From Naegleria gruberi (Eukaryota): a stretch of 64,000 nt of DNA. Each line of letters starts with the position of its first letter. The first letter of the stretch is position 1. Below the pieces are notes generated by a model. That model ran no database searches. It saw only the letters and a program-made list of their open reading frames with translations, and had not been told where the DNA came from. Below are positions 23,910 through 35,348 of this stretch, piece after piece. Both the position numbers and the translations under genes were made by a program. Location of the stretch: assembly GCA_000004985.1 (NCBI GenBank), contig GG738893.1. One strand, given 5' to 3'.

Positions 23910-25601
23910 TTAATTCTCTAATAAGCGTTTCATTTCATTCATTAATTGACCATAATTTGTAGAAATTGTGTTGAATCTAGAATTTAAAAACTCTAGTCCA
24001 ATTAAATCCATTTTCAATACTTTATAATAGTCCACTACTGGTTCATCCTCTCTTCCTTCTTGTATGGTATTTATAATTTCATGATTCATATTGTTCATTC
24101 GCTTTCCAAGTTTAATTGATTTAACAATTTCCAAATGAATCCTAGAAGCGATGGTAAAGTATGGAATCATGATAACAGTTGAGACTCCAAAAAATTCACT
24201 CTCTGTTAATTTTGTAATGGATAGGGCAGCCTCTTCAATCAAATCTCTCCTAATCCCAAGTTTGATCAACACACCAATTCTCATTCCATTCAACAGTAGG
24301 CTATGAAAAAATTGGAGTGCTCTCGAATAAGCTTGTAAATGTCCCACGTTTGATCTTTTAGCATCTACCAGTGTAGAATTCATTAATACGTTTCCAATAA
24401 GTTCACCAATTTTCAATAAATCAAAACAATTTTCCACAGTAATGGGTTTCTCAAACACATTTAATATTTCTTGATCAAGTTTTTGACCTGTAGAGTATTC
24501 GAATAGCTTAGGAACACTACTAACTAACCCAATCAATCCAATATCTTCCATTGCTAAATGTTGAAATAAAATACAAGATTTCCATAAATTGCTTTCATGA
24601 GTGGAATTTTCAACACTTAGAGAATTTTCCATTTTTGAATTAAAGTAAAATTTTGATGAGTAAATATAGTAATTAGATAATTTTTTCCTTCCAAATCCAT
24701 ATTCATATATAGCTAAATTGTAATAAATGCATGAAACGATAAATGAAGGTTCTCTATCCATCAATAGAGCTGATAAAAATTGTTTACATTTTTGAATGGA
24801 TGCTTCTCCACCTTGTCCAACAAATTGTTCAACTAGACCTTTTGCACTTTGATAAAAACATTCCATTTCCTTACAAGTTGTTGTACTCATTAAGGAGTTA
24901 TCAACATGTTCGTTTTTTAAAATATATTTTTCCAATTCTGTTCTATCGACAAGTGTGTAAACGTCGCTTAATAATAGATAATAATTTTCAATAATCCTAC
25001 TTTTTGTAAACTTTCTACTCAAACTGTTAAATATTATGGGGTTGGCACAAGAAATTGGAGCATTTTCTTTAACTTGATCATTAGTATTATTATTTGATGC
25101 ACTGGAATCAGAAGGTGGAAGTTGTCTTCTTCTTCTTTCTACTTTCGTTTATTTCCTTTGCATTTCTAGTTCTTTTTGTTTCCATGTAGACACATTCAGT
25201 TCCAATATTTATACATCTTTCACATTTGGGTATTCTTCTATCTGATTACATGTACATGTTGTTTAATTGTCAGGAAATATTCAATATAATGGATACAAAC
25301 CACAAAAGGAATGTGCTTTTCTACACCTAAGACACGAAATAGGATGGAATGTTTCCTTCTGCTCATCACCATTATTATTTTCATCAGAAGTGATTTGCAA
25401 ATTTAATGATGATGATATTTGTTGAGTAGAATCCTCGGGATGTTCCACGTTTTTGCTCTCTTGTTCTGTTGGAGATATATTGAAAAATGTATTGGAAGTG
25501 TTGTTCAAAACTTCTTCCGATGCTGGGTTATACAATGCTGAAGGTGTCCACACTGAATCATCACCACAACCAAATAACCTCAAAATGTCCTCATCATCCA
25601 T
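23910..25601 (-). CDS. Zn(II)2Cys6 (GAL4-type) binuclear-cluster transcription factor. Exon 1 is 25301-25601, a 59-nt intron lies at 25242-25300, and exon 2 is 23910-25241 with an apparent 1-nt frameshift in the basic linker (about 25111-25150)
   Basis: Splicing GTTTGT...AATCAG joins ...ISCLRCRKAHSFC to DRRIPKCERCINIGTECVY, giving the full C-x2-C-x6-C-x6-C-x2-C-x6-C motif followed by the basic stretch KRTRNAKEINESRKKKK. The downstream 370-aa ORF continues in the +1 frame. The shift is inside an AGAAAGAAGAAGAAG purine run. Confidence 0.6.
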
Positions 25602-25825
25602 TTCATACTTTTTTTTTGAATTAGAAGCATTCGCACATCTTTATGTTTTGGCGCCAAATAATTGCATCTCCAATACGAAAGGGAATTAAATTCTACTACA
25701 GTCTTGTTCAAATTCAAAGAAACCGGACAAGTCCGGTCAATGTAGTTTGGCATAATGATTCATATCAGACACTATTTAAAACAGCAAGACCTATGGTTTT
25801 CAATAGAAATATTCAAAAAAAAACA

Positions 25826-27490
25826 ATGAATCAACGTATTGTACTCTCTCTTATTGGTTTACTGTTAGTCTTACTTGTTGCATTGAGTCAACAAGCCAGT
25901 GTTACCTTAACCCAAGGTATCTATATTGGAAATCAAACTAGTGATGGTCAATTGAATTATTGGTATGGTATTCCATATGCTCAACAACCAATTGGTTCAC
26001 TCAGATGGAAACCACCTCAACCGCTCTCTGCTTCCACCAATGTCAATATTGCCAATTATAAAGTAGTTTGTCCTCAGAATTTAAATCTTGGAATTCAACA
26101 ATCTGAAGCATGTCTCTATTTAAATGTCTATTCACCAGTCAATGCTAATAATTTACCTGTTTTTATTTGGATTCATGGTGGTGCTTTTACAATAGGATCA
26201 TCTTTACAGTTTGATCCATCTGATTGGATGTCTATTGCCTCTAATAATTCACTTCCAATTGTTATGGTAACTATTAATTATAGATTGGGTTTGTTGGGTT
26301 TCCTTGCAGATACTGAGCTATTTAATGAAAACAGTGGTGAAAATGGAAAGAAAACAACTGGCAACTATGGTTTACTTGATCAAATACATGCAATCAAGTG
26401 GGTTAAGGAAAATATTGCAAAATTTGGAGGAAATCCAAATTTAATTACAGTAGGTGGGCAAAGTGCAGGTGGTTTTACCACTAGAGCACTTTTAACAAGT
26501 CCGCTTGTGGTGGAATCGCAATTGTTTCAAAGAGCAATGGTTTCAAGTGGTTCCATTTGGTTTTCAAGCGATTTGTTCTCAATGGAAAAAGCAATCAATT
26601 CAACTGGTAATTATGTTCGTTCCAATCAATCATGTACAACTGTTCAATGTTTAAGAGATGTCTCTGTATCAACACTTCTCTTATTGACCTCTAACATTGT
26701 TCCCAAGAATATCTTGACCAATGCCGCCAATCCTATTGTTGATGGCTATGTATTAACTGATACACCTGATAACAATTTTGCAAAGGGATATTTTCTCAAA
26801 GTTCCATTGATTATTGGAACTGTTTCAAATGAAACAACCTATTTTACATGTCCACTATTCAACTATTACGCCAGTGTATCTCAGGTTGAAAATTTCCTAA
26901 CTGCTCAATACGGATCCTCTATATTCAGCAAAATAGTGCAATTCTATGGACCTGTTCCTTCCACTCAATCAATTCAATACCTCAACAATGTGTTTAATGA
27001 TGCTGCCTTTAGATGTTCATCTAGACGTGATTCAGTTCAATATGCCAACAGAGGTATTCCTTCATATCTCTACAATTTTAATCGTAATTTGATTTCTAAT
27101 CAATGTTTGGGTGTTTATCATGGATTGGATTTGGTTTTCTTGTTCCCTGCCTTTTCACCATATGGATTGTTTGGAGTGGATAAGATTTTATCAAAGCAAA
27201 TGATTCTCTATTGGACTAATTTTATTGTGAGTGGAAATCCAAATTATAACAATTCTCCTTCACAGTGGAATTCATATTCAACATTGAAGGACAATGAATT
27301 GAGTATTGATTTGACAAGTCAACAAGTAACAATCACTAGTATTGATGTATGTACTCAATTTTGGGATAAGTTGGCTGTGACTTATTCACCATCAATTAGT
27401 AATTCATCCTTTGTAAATGGAGCTACAAGAATCATTCCATACAGATTCATAGTCTTGTTGGTTGCTATCGTTATGATAGTTATTCCATGA
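25826..27490 (+). CDS. Type-B carboxylesterase/lipase family protein with a signal peptide and a C-terminal hydrophobic tail
   Basis: Signal peptide MNQRIVLSLIGLLLVLLVALSQQASV; EACLYLNVYSP (type-B signature 2); VFIWIHGGAFTIGSS (oxyanion region); GGQSAGG (G-x-S-x-G nucleophile elbow). 555 aa from the ATG at 25826. Confidence 0.85.
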   Translation: MNQRIVLSLIGLLLVLLVALSQQASVTLTQGIYIGNQTSDGQLNYWYGIPYAQQPIGSLRWKPPQPLSASTNVNIANYKVVCPQNLNLGIQQSEACLYLNVYSPVNANNLPVFIWIHGGAFTIGSSLQFDPSDWMSIASNNSLPIVMVTINYRLGLLGFLADTELFNENSGENGKKTTGNYGLLDQIHAIKWVKENIAKFGGNPNLITVGGQSAGGFTTRALLTSPLVVESQLFQRAMVSSGSIWFSSDLFSMEKAINSTGNYVRSNQSCTTVQCLRDVSVSTLLLLTSNIVPKNILTNAANPIVDGYVLTDTPDNNFAKGYFLKVPLIIGTVSNETTYFTCPLFNYYASVSQVENFLTAQYGSSIFSKIVQFYGPVPSTQSIQYLNNVFNDAAFRCSSRRDSVQYANRGIPSYLYNFNRNLISNQCLGVYHGLDLVFLFPAFSPYGLFGVDKILSKQMILYWTNFIVSGNPNYNNSPSQWNSYSTLKDNELSIDLTSQQVTITSIDVCTQFWDKLAVTYSPSISNSSFVNGATRIIPYRFIVLLVAIVMIVIP

Positions 27491-28319
27491 ATTGAGCAAT
27501 AAAAGATACAATTTGCTATATTATTAATCTTATTAATATATTTGACGTTGATATTCAATGTACATCATCTTTGGATATCCATCAATAGTAGAATAGTAAT
27601 TTTATTGTTTGAAATTTTAATCATCAAGAAATTTAATAGCATCATCGCTTGGGAAATTTCAAATCAATAAATACATATCGGATGTTGTTCGAACAGGTTG
27701 CTTTGCTGTTCCAATAGTATTTAAATAGTATTCCACAAGTTTACTCTTTGAAATTATTTTTAATTAGGCTCAAAGTCGATTTTTCATCAAAATCATCAAA
27801 TTCGGCACATCTACTTGGTCATTGCAAAAACCATAAATTGTAGATTGTCAATAGTATGTGTGGGGTGAATCTTGGAGATTGGATTTTTGTCTTCGTTTGA
27901 ATCGGTACAAGATTATTTTCAACCCGCACATGTACCATACCTCATCATCTACTTGACCAAATCAAAAACTTTCTTCTAGTAGTACTATTTATTTTCACAA
28001 TATATAACATCTTCATCATTACTTTCTTCAATAGTATTGTCATTGTCATGGTGGAGGTTTCATCATCAATAACCAAAGTACAATATCGGAACATCATACC
28101 AGAGAGATATGCTTTATTAGGTGTGGAGAATCATCACACCAAGTTTTATATCTTTGATAAAAGAATCTCTTGTTTTTCACAAATTTTGTATTTTCATAGG
28201 CCGTCTGCTTCACCATCAATGGTTTCTGCACATGGAATTTATAATTTCGATAAAATTGTATTAATCATGTTTCTACTAGCAGAAATAATAACAAAAAAAA
28301 CCAAAAATATTCATTAGAA

Positions 28320-30964
28320 TTATATTGAATCCATGTAATCCTCTACAAAAAATTGATCAATCCTTGTATGATAATGTGATAGGATATTGACCATGGTTTC
28401 AACATTTGACACTCGGGATTGAATATAGCAAATAATATCTAGTATCTTCTTGGAGGGATAATCATCAGGATTTTCTGTCAAGTAGTCTTTGAGTTGAATC
28501 TTCTTTTCATTGAGAGTATCTGGATCGGAACTGGTAAATATTTCAAATATTGAACGATATTGTTTGTAATTGAATATTTCCTTCTCAAATTCACACATCC
28601 ACTCTAAAATAATTATTATTAATATATATTTTGTAATATTAGTTTGATGGAAAATTCATTAATACATCTTTGGGACTTGAAAACAACCTACCTTCTCCTT
28701 CTTCTTCTATTTGATTATCCACTTCCTTGATTACTTCATAGACATTTTTAATAACTTCTTCAGATGGTCCACTTGCACGAACATAACATTGGAAGAGGAA
28801 TCTATCAATTGGTCTCGAAATGAATTGATCACACAAAGTTGTTTGCTCATCAGCAACTATGTGAACACCATTATGAGAAGCCAAATAACTTAAACTTTCT
28901 GCCACTTTACAGGCATTGGAAATGATGGACAAGACCTTGTGATGTTTGGTTCCTAAATTTCCAACATATGAATCTGCATTTGTGGAAACTCCAATACCAA
29001 ATTCAATCTTTACATCAAAATCCTCTTTGAATTGCTTGTTAAAATATTCGAGACCTTTCTGCAGTTTTAAGGCCAATTCGAGAGCTACAATATTGGATTT
29101 GATTACTCTTGGCTCTACAATGACTCTAAAATCTTCAAGTGACAGAACTTGAAGATCACAATGTAATAGTCTTGTACAATCAGTCATGACACTCAAAATT
29201 TTTGGAAATGATGCAGAAATGAAGTGAGGAGTATTATACTTTAAATAGTTATGCAATCTCACATGAATAACAGAGCATTCCTTCTGATTAAGACCTGTTT
29301 GAAATGGATGGCATGCATCATTAGTTTTCTCATACTTGGCATAGCTTGGATTATGATTGATGGTTTGAGTCTTTTTTGGATTTTTCTTTGGATTGGAGCT
29401 ATAACGAATATCTTGAATGACAGATGGAGGAACGAATGACCTGATTTCTCTCAACCATCTCACTGTTAATGATAAACTTGTATAGACTTGGCTCAACTCA
29501 TCAAACATTGAGTCAGGGATAATCATACCTTCCAAATTCAAAACCTTAATTTTTTGGAATTGTTCTTGGAGGAAGGTTATTGGTCTAATAATAATCAGAG
29601 AAAGAGTAATTCCAAACAAGACTCCGATGAATGTTACCACTACAGCTACGGAAACAGACACAGCAATACTAATATGGATACTTTTCATGACATCAGACTC
29701 TACAACCACTGTGTACATATCCCATTTTACATTGTGATATTCATAGATTTGATGTCTAACAAAGTAATTTACACCCAAACTGGTAACTGTGACACTTTCA
29801 GGCAAATTTTCAATATCTCCATACGTATCTTTCAGTTTTTGCATTAGTTGACCTGCATTCCTTTCAGTAATTGCGTAAATACTAAGTCGTTCCTTTTCAT
29901 CAGGAGAGCTACAACGAACGCTTCCAGCTAAAGCAAAATCACTACCATTCTCTTTGATAATTACGTAGCCATGCTCGAAAACTTTGACTTTTTTTGAGAG
30001 GAAATTACTAAAACCAGCTAGTGGCCTCACTATACGAGCTATTCCTTTGAATAATTTCACACCCTGAGAAAATAATTCTTGATCGAAAACTTTAGCTCCG
30101 AAAGAAATTGATAAGGTTCCATTAGTGACAATGTATGGCTTACTAAATGCTCCCTCTTCTCCCATTCTTTCAGCTTCTGCCAATGGAAACCAATAATAAT
30201 CCTTAATTGATACATTATACGGTGTAAAGTCAATAGTATCATTCAACTTGAGCAAAGTTCCATTATTATCGTATGTATCTCTGAGAGATCCTATGAAAAA
30301 TGTTGTCTCAAATAATATTAATTTCAAAATAATTACCTATGAATCCTGGAGGTTGATAAGAGTAGACGATTCTTTCATCATCTTGCTTTCCAACAATCGT
30401 ATAGGAATATCTTTCTGATGGATTACCAAATGCATAACCAACACTCAATCCACTCACTTTATAGGGTGTGTAAAAGTATTTTCGAAAGACACTCGGCTCT
30501 GTTAGTCCATAATTGTAATGGTCTGCCATTATAAATCCAGTATCTTTCATATTCTTCAGAACTGAATCAATATACAATGTGATTTTATCCTGAACCAAAT
30601 CTTGAACATTCCCAGTTAGTTGATTCACTGAATTATACATTGCCACAAACACGGAAACATAAATACTACCCGAGCACACCACAATCAATAATGTCATTAA
30701 TATTATAATAAAAGCCTTTAAGGAACAAGGGCCTCGTAAATCGCTCAAATAGTATTCATCCAAGTAGAATAAATTCAGAGAGCCATCATCATTCCTTCGG
30801 TGTTCTTGTTGTTTCTGAAGCTCTTCCTTAATAATTATATCTCCAACAGAATAGGAAGAAATATTTACACATGATGGTGCATTTTCTGAGGAATTTCCCT
30901 CGCCACCTTCATTCATATCAAGAAACGGAGGTGCTAGCATATTTGTTGCATTATTCATCATCAT
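28320..30964 (-). CDS. Two-TM sensor-domain membrane protein with a C-terminal divergent cyclase-like domain (ACG-like architecture), 836 aa. Exons are 30337-30964, 28692-30290 and 28320-28603. Introns are 30291-30336 (46 nt) and 28604-28691 (88 nt)
   Basis: Architecture: N-terminal cytoplasmic segment, TM1 (AFIIILMTLLIVVCSGSIYVSVFVAMY), an extracellular domain of about 330 aa, TM2 (IAVSVSVAVVVTFIGVLFGITLSLIII), then a domain resembling class III cyclases (KIEFGIGVSTNADSYVGNLG...LSIISNACKVAESL; ...LSLEDFRVIV). Both splice junctions were checked for frame: PGFIG|SLRDTY and EEGE|EWMCEFEK. A first-metal Asp looks substituted (His) at the position tried, but the alignment is tentative and done by eye. 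Confidence 0.6.
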
Positions 30965-31527
30965 TATTTTGCTGTGATGATGAATGTTAAGGCAATTTTT
31001 CTTTGTGAATATTTTGCCCGAGATGCACCTTAAAAAGTGGCGATGCTATTCAATTCGGGAAAGAGATATAAAAGTATACTTCTCTGTGAACCACCCCATC
31101 TTTGTCTCGTCTTAACAAAATGTATTTGCCTTGAAGATTCGATACTTCAATATCCCAAAAATTGGTCAATGAAATGGAATGTTTGAATCATCATGTAATG
31201 AGAAGAATTTTGTTGATTGCCAGTGTTTGTTATTAAATAACTTTATTACTTGTTAACAAAAGATTCGACATGAAATTCCTTAATTTTCGTATGATAATTG
31301 GAGACTATTGTTAAGAGAAATTCTTCATTACATGATGATCACTTAAATGCTCAATAAAGTCTAATTGCTTTCTAGAGAATATATCATTCGATCGTTCTGA
31401 TAAAAATTCTTCAAATTGATGTTTGATTCTTCCATTCAAAAACTATTAACTTTCGAGTGTAAAAAAAGTTAAGTTTTTAATTTTTTCTTTATTTGTTTTT
31501 GAAATTAAATAAACAAATTAAAACAAA

Positions 31528-32142
31528 TTAAAACAAGGAAGCAACTGCAATTAATCCAACAATCATCAAAACAACCAATGAAACAATTGATTGAGAATGT
31601 CTCATTGAATTTCCAGCATTAGTTGTGCTATTACTTGACAAGAGACATTTGTTAATTTTTCCAGAAGCACAACTATTCAAAGTAATTGGTGCAGAGGTGG
31701 AAACAGTTTGACAATTCTCATCAGAATAAGTAACAACCTTTTCACAATTGACATATTGTCCAGATTTAGCACTAGGTCCAAAGAGAATTCCAGATTTAAT
31801 ACAGACATTAGTTTTGTAAACGTCATATCTATTGAGAGTGGTTGAATCACATGTGGTTGTGTTAGAATAGGCATAGATGGAAATTTCTCCACTCTTCAAG
31901 GTTGGATTTTGTGGATAGGAAGTTGGACATTCGAAACTTTGGGAAAGTACAGTTGGCTCATTGCTGTACGGAGTGCAGGAAGTTACATTGCAACCAGCTG
32001 CGTTATCACGAATGGTCATGAGGAAGGAGGTTCCAGAGCATGTAGTTCCTTGGTACCAGTAGGTTGCTCTCAAGGCACTTTCGGCTCTGTATACGAAACA
32101 AGCAAGGAGAAGAGTGGCAATGAGGAAAATGATTGATTTCAT
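31528..32142 (-). CDS. Small Cys-rich secreted or GPI-anchored protein (204 aa from the ATG at 32142)
   Basis: Signal peptide MKSIIFLIATLLLACFVYRAES; about 14 Cys; a Ser/Thr/Asn-rich stalk; a C-terminal hydrophobic tail IVSLVVLMIVGLIAVASLF. No recognised family. Confidence 0.5.
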   Translation of the reverse strand: MKSIIFLIATLLLACFVYRAESALRATYWYQGTTCSGTSFLMTIRDNAAGCNVTSCTPYSNEPTVLSQSFECPTSYPQNPTLKSGEISIYAYSNTTTCDSTTLNRYDVYKTNVCIKSGILFGPSAKSGQYVNCEKVVTYSDENCQTVSTSAPITLNSCASGKINKCLLSSNSTTNAGNSMRHSQSIVSLVVLMIVGLIAVASLF

Positions 32143-32585
32143 GTTGTGTTGTGTGATTGTTTTTTTCAGGTTGAAAGCAATCAAGTAATTTCGCAGCAAT
32201 TTATCAACAAGTGACTTTCGAATAACAATTTTCAAGGAGTAACGATGGGTAGATTTGTGCCTCTTTCTAAAAAAGTTTAATAGTGCGTGCAATATGTGAG
32301 CTCGTTACTCCTTGAATTTGGTGCGCTGACTTAGGAATGCAAGACGCATTTCTGCAGTTTCAAGAGAAGGGTACCTTTCGAATAGAATCCCTCCATATAA
32401 TTGATCAAATTGATTGAATACAATGAACATCTTCCTAAATCCCGAACATGTTTGATGAATCATCAAGGATTTTGAATATTACAGAATTTTGGCTAAATTC
32501 CAACTACAGTTTTTCACATATTTTGCTTTAAACTAAACTTACAAAACTTATCACGTTTGAAACAACTCAGTTTCCAATAAAAAAA

Positions 32586-33671
32586 ATGGGTCAACTCCTT
32601 GTTTCTTCATCGATAGCTCCTTCTCCTCAATTCTTCACTTCCACTTCCGATCAAAAAATATTTCCAAATGATGTTTGCTTGGAAATTTTAAAATTTTTAG
32701 AAAATGGAAATTTCATTATTCGGAATTGTTCTCTAATTTCTAAACAATTTTACAATTTGATTGGAGAATATTTGAAATTTGCAATTGTATTTAAAAAGGA
32801 GATTAATTTGAAGAGTTTGGCAAAGAGTCAATATTTGAATCGAATTGTATCTTTGAAAACAGTCAATTCCTTTGATGGATCGATAATTGATAATGTGGAA
32901 TTATGTGAAATTTTGCAAGGAATGAAAGATTTGAAAGAAGTTTGGATTTATAAACAATTGAAGGGAGTTAAAGGAATTAAAAAGATTGGTAGTCTGAAAC
33001 AATTGACGATATTGGATGTTAGTTATAATGATATAGGATATGGTGGTGTGAAATGGTTGACTCAATTGAGTCAATTGACTGAATTGAGAATTGGAAATAA
33101 TTCAATTTTTGATGATGATATTAAAATGATTTCTGAAATGAAACAATTGACTAAACTTGATCTTTCTAATTGTAGAATCATGGATGGAGTTCAATATTTG
33201 AGTAAATTGGAAAATTTGACATCTTTGAGACTTTGTGGAAATCGATTAACCGATGAGAGAGTTGAATCGATTAGTAATTTGAAACAACTAACTGAACTTT
33301 ATATTGGAGAAAATCAGTTAGGAACAGAAGGAGCTAAATCCATTGGAAATATGACTCAATTGACACGTCTCAATATCCAACAGAATAGAATATCCCAAGG
33401 TGTTAAATATTTAGAAAAATTGGATCGATTGACTGATCTCAATATTAGTAAGAACAAAATTGGTGATACTGGTGTAATAATAATTAGTGAAATGAACCAA
33501 TTGACTAAACTAACAATTAGGGATAATAAGATATCAGAAGAAGGTGCCAAAACTCTAGGCCTGCTACAAAAATTGACCTACCTCGATATTAGTGATAATT
33601 CAGTCAGCAACGTAACGGCCAACTCCATGCAAAAGAACATGAAAAGCCTTAAATACAAAATTCTGTTCTAA
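32586..33671 (+). CDS. F-box-like N-terminus plus leucine-rich repeat (ribonuclease-inhibitor-like LRR) protein, 361 aa
   Basis: ATG at 32586. N-terminal VCLEILKFL...ISKQFYNLI (F-box-like), followed by about 12 repeats of the form LT.L.I..N.I...G... Confidence 0.75.
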   Translation: MGQLLVSSSIAPSPQFFTSTSDQKIFPNDVCLEILKFLENGNFIIRNCSLISKQFYNLIGEYLKFAIVFKKEINLKSLAKSQYLNRIVSLKTVNSFDGSIIDNVELCEILQGMKDLKEVWIYKQLKGVKGIKKIGSLKQLTILDVSYNDIGYGGVKWLTQLSQLTELRIGNNSIFDDDIKMISEMKQLTKLDLSNCRIMDGVQYLSKLENLTSLRLCGNRLTDERVESISNLKQLTELYIGENQLGTEGAKSIGNMTQLTRLNIQQNRISQGVKYLEKLDRLTDLNISKNKIGDTGVIIISEMNQLTKLTIRDNKISEEGAKTLGLLQKLTYLDISDNSVSNVTANSMQKNMKSLKYKILF

Positions 33672-33714
33672 CATTATTTCAGTTGTTTTTGTTGAAATAT
33701 TAAAATGTTAAAAA

Positions 33715-33832
33715 GACTACAGCACCACAGGTTCCCAAGTTGTCTCCAACCTCAGTACTGATGTGGCTCGACGATGCTTAACTTCTCAAATCGGACGGGA
33801 TGAGGTGCATTCATCGTGATATGGCCGTAGCC
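33715..33832 (-). rRNA. 5S ribosomal RNA gene, 118 nt, with a TTTTT Pol III terminator immediately 3'
   Basis: Minus-strand sequence GGCTACGGCCATATCACGATGAATGCACCTCATCCCGTCCGATTTGAGAAGTTAAGCATCGTCGAGCCACATCAGTACTGAGGTTGGAGACAACTTGGGAACCTGTGGTGCTGTAGTC. It carries the universal 5S blocks ACGGCCATA, CCCGTCCGAT.TGAGAAGTTAAGC, AGTACT..GGTTGGAGACAAC, TGGGAA and GGTGCTGTAG. Helix I 5'/3' complementarity is present. The GGTTGGAGACAAC block matches the Dictyostelium-type 5S. Confidence 0.9.
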
Positions 33833-34201
33833 ATTCATTAACTAAGGTTTTTCAAAATGTTCAAAAAATTGCGAGTTAATTCATTGCAAAAATGTTTGAC
33901 GGCCATGAAGGAATGAAAAATAGGGATGGCTCGCCAACTTTTATCTTTCCATCATAATGAAAAATAAATTCCAATTTCATGATAATCCACCAATAAAAAT
34001 TACTATTATTACTATAAAGATGATGTTGAGATGATGATGCGAAAGTTTGGTGCTTTCATGATGTGAAACCACTCGGAAAATCAGCAATGGTCACAAAGTA
34101 TCATTTGTTGAATATTTTTTCAATATTGTGTTTAATAAATTAATTTATTATTATTAAAAATTACAAATGTTGCCTAACACAACAACATTCATCACACCAT
34201 C

Positions 34202-35125
34202 ATGACAATAACCATTTTCAACAAGCCAATCAACACAAATTCACTCATCAAGAATCTGATCTTCCTCCTCATCCGAGCACTTTTCAATGGCCTTCAATGG
34301 GTAGGCTGGAGTTTGGCCGTTCTAATTTCTCAACAAATTATTCTTTCAGTACTCACAGGATGGCAAGAGCTACGAAATATTATAGTGCCCATTGCAATTG
34401 CCATCAATGAAATTGTATGCTCACAATGTTTTGGTAGAATTTTGTGTAGGCTTGAAATTAAATTTAATTTAATATTTAATATTAGTGATGATGATGAAGA
34501 GGAAAGGAACATGAATCGGAATACTAATAATAATAATGATAATAATAATAATAATATTAATGAAAGTGGTAATACTAGTAATAATCAAACAAATAGGAAT
34601 GAAAATGTGGAAGGAAATACATCAAAGGCTATCACTGCTGTCCATAAGAGCATGATTGGATGTGTGGCTTCGGGAATTGTTTTTGATTTTGTGGATAGAG
34701 CTATAGGAAATATCTATTCAGAATCGGGAATGTATGAAATTACCCTACTGATGAGATGTATTTGTGTGTTTGTGGCTGATAGATTTGTGTTTCATATTGT
34801 AATGGAGATTTTGGATAGGATTGAAGAACAACAATGGACCTTTTCTAATGAAATTTCGAATATTGAGGGTGCCTCATGTGCAGGAATGTCAGCAATTGCT
34901 TATAATTTAGCAACAGAGTTGGGAATTTACATTTGCAAAGAGCACATTGGTACTGATAATGATTGGTTTATTGGATTGTTTTGCATTCCATTTATTGCAG
35001 TTGCTACAGGAATAGGTCTAATAATTGGCGTATTGGAGGGAAAACTCTGGCAGATTTTGGATAGTGCTATGTATTCAAAAGTCCGTAACATAATGACGAG
35101 CAAGAGACATAACATTACTAATTAA
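34202..35125 (+). CDS. Hypothetical membrane protein with an Asn-rich insert, 307 aa
   Basis: ATG-initiated ORF with several hydrophobic segments and a central poly-N/D low-complexity region. No recognised domain. Confidence 0.45.
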   Translation: MTITIFNKPINTNSLIKNLIFLLIRALFNGLQWVGWSLAVLISQQIILSVLTGWQELRNIIVPIAIAINEIVCSQCFGRILCRLEIKFNLIFNISDDDEEERNMNRNTNNNNDNNNNNINESGNTSNNQTNRNENVEGNTSKAITAVHKSMIGCVASGIVFDFVDRAIGNIYSESGMYEITLLMRCICVFVADRFVFHIVMEILDRIEEQQWTFSNEISNIEGASCAGMSAIAYNLATELGIYICKEHIGTDNDWFIGLFCIPFIAVATGIGLIIGVLEGKLWQILDSAMYSKVRNIMTSKRHNITN

Positions 35126-35348
35126 TTTCTCCACTACAAATTATCAAAGCAAATAAAGCAATTCAATTTTGGAAGTCCCAACAATTCTTAAACGTAAATT
35201 GATAGCTTTACTGGTAGGCGGGGAGATACCACAACCTCTCAAATAACATCAAACACGAGATATTTACAAATGTGCATCACGTAACTGACACAGTTTGTAA
35301 TCATGCGAGCAATTACCTCAAATCTTGTCAATCCAAACATTTAAAAAA

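Noticed and set aside
28048-28317. ORF 28048-28317 (+) and other 60-100 aa ORFs in AT-rich intergenic DNA (7137-7361, 14386-14625, 49539-49838, 53234-53464, 53641-53871)
   Set aside because: They have no start context or conservation, their composition is typical of AT-rich noncoding sequence, and several overlap better-supported genes on the other strand.
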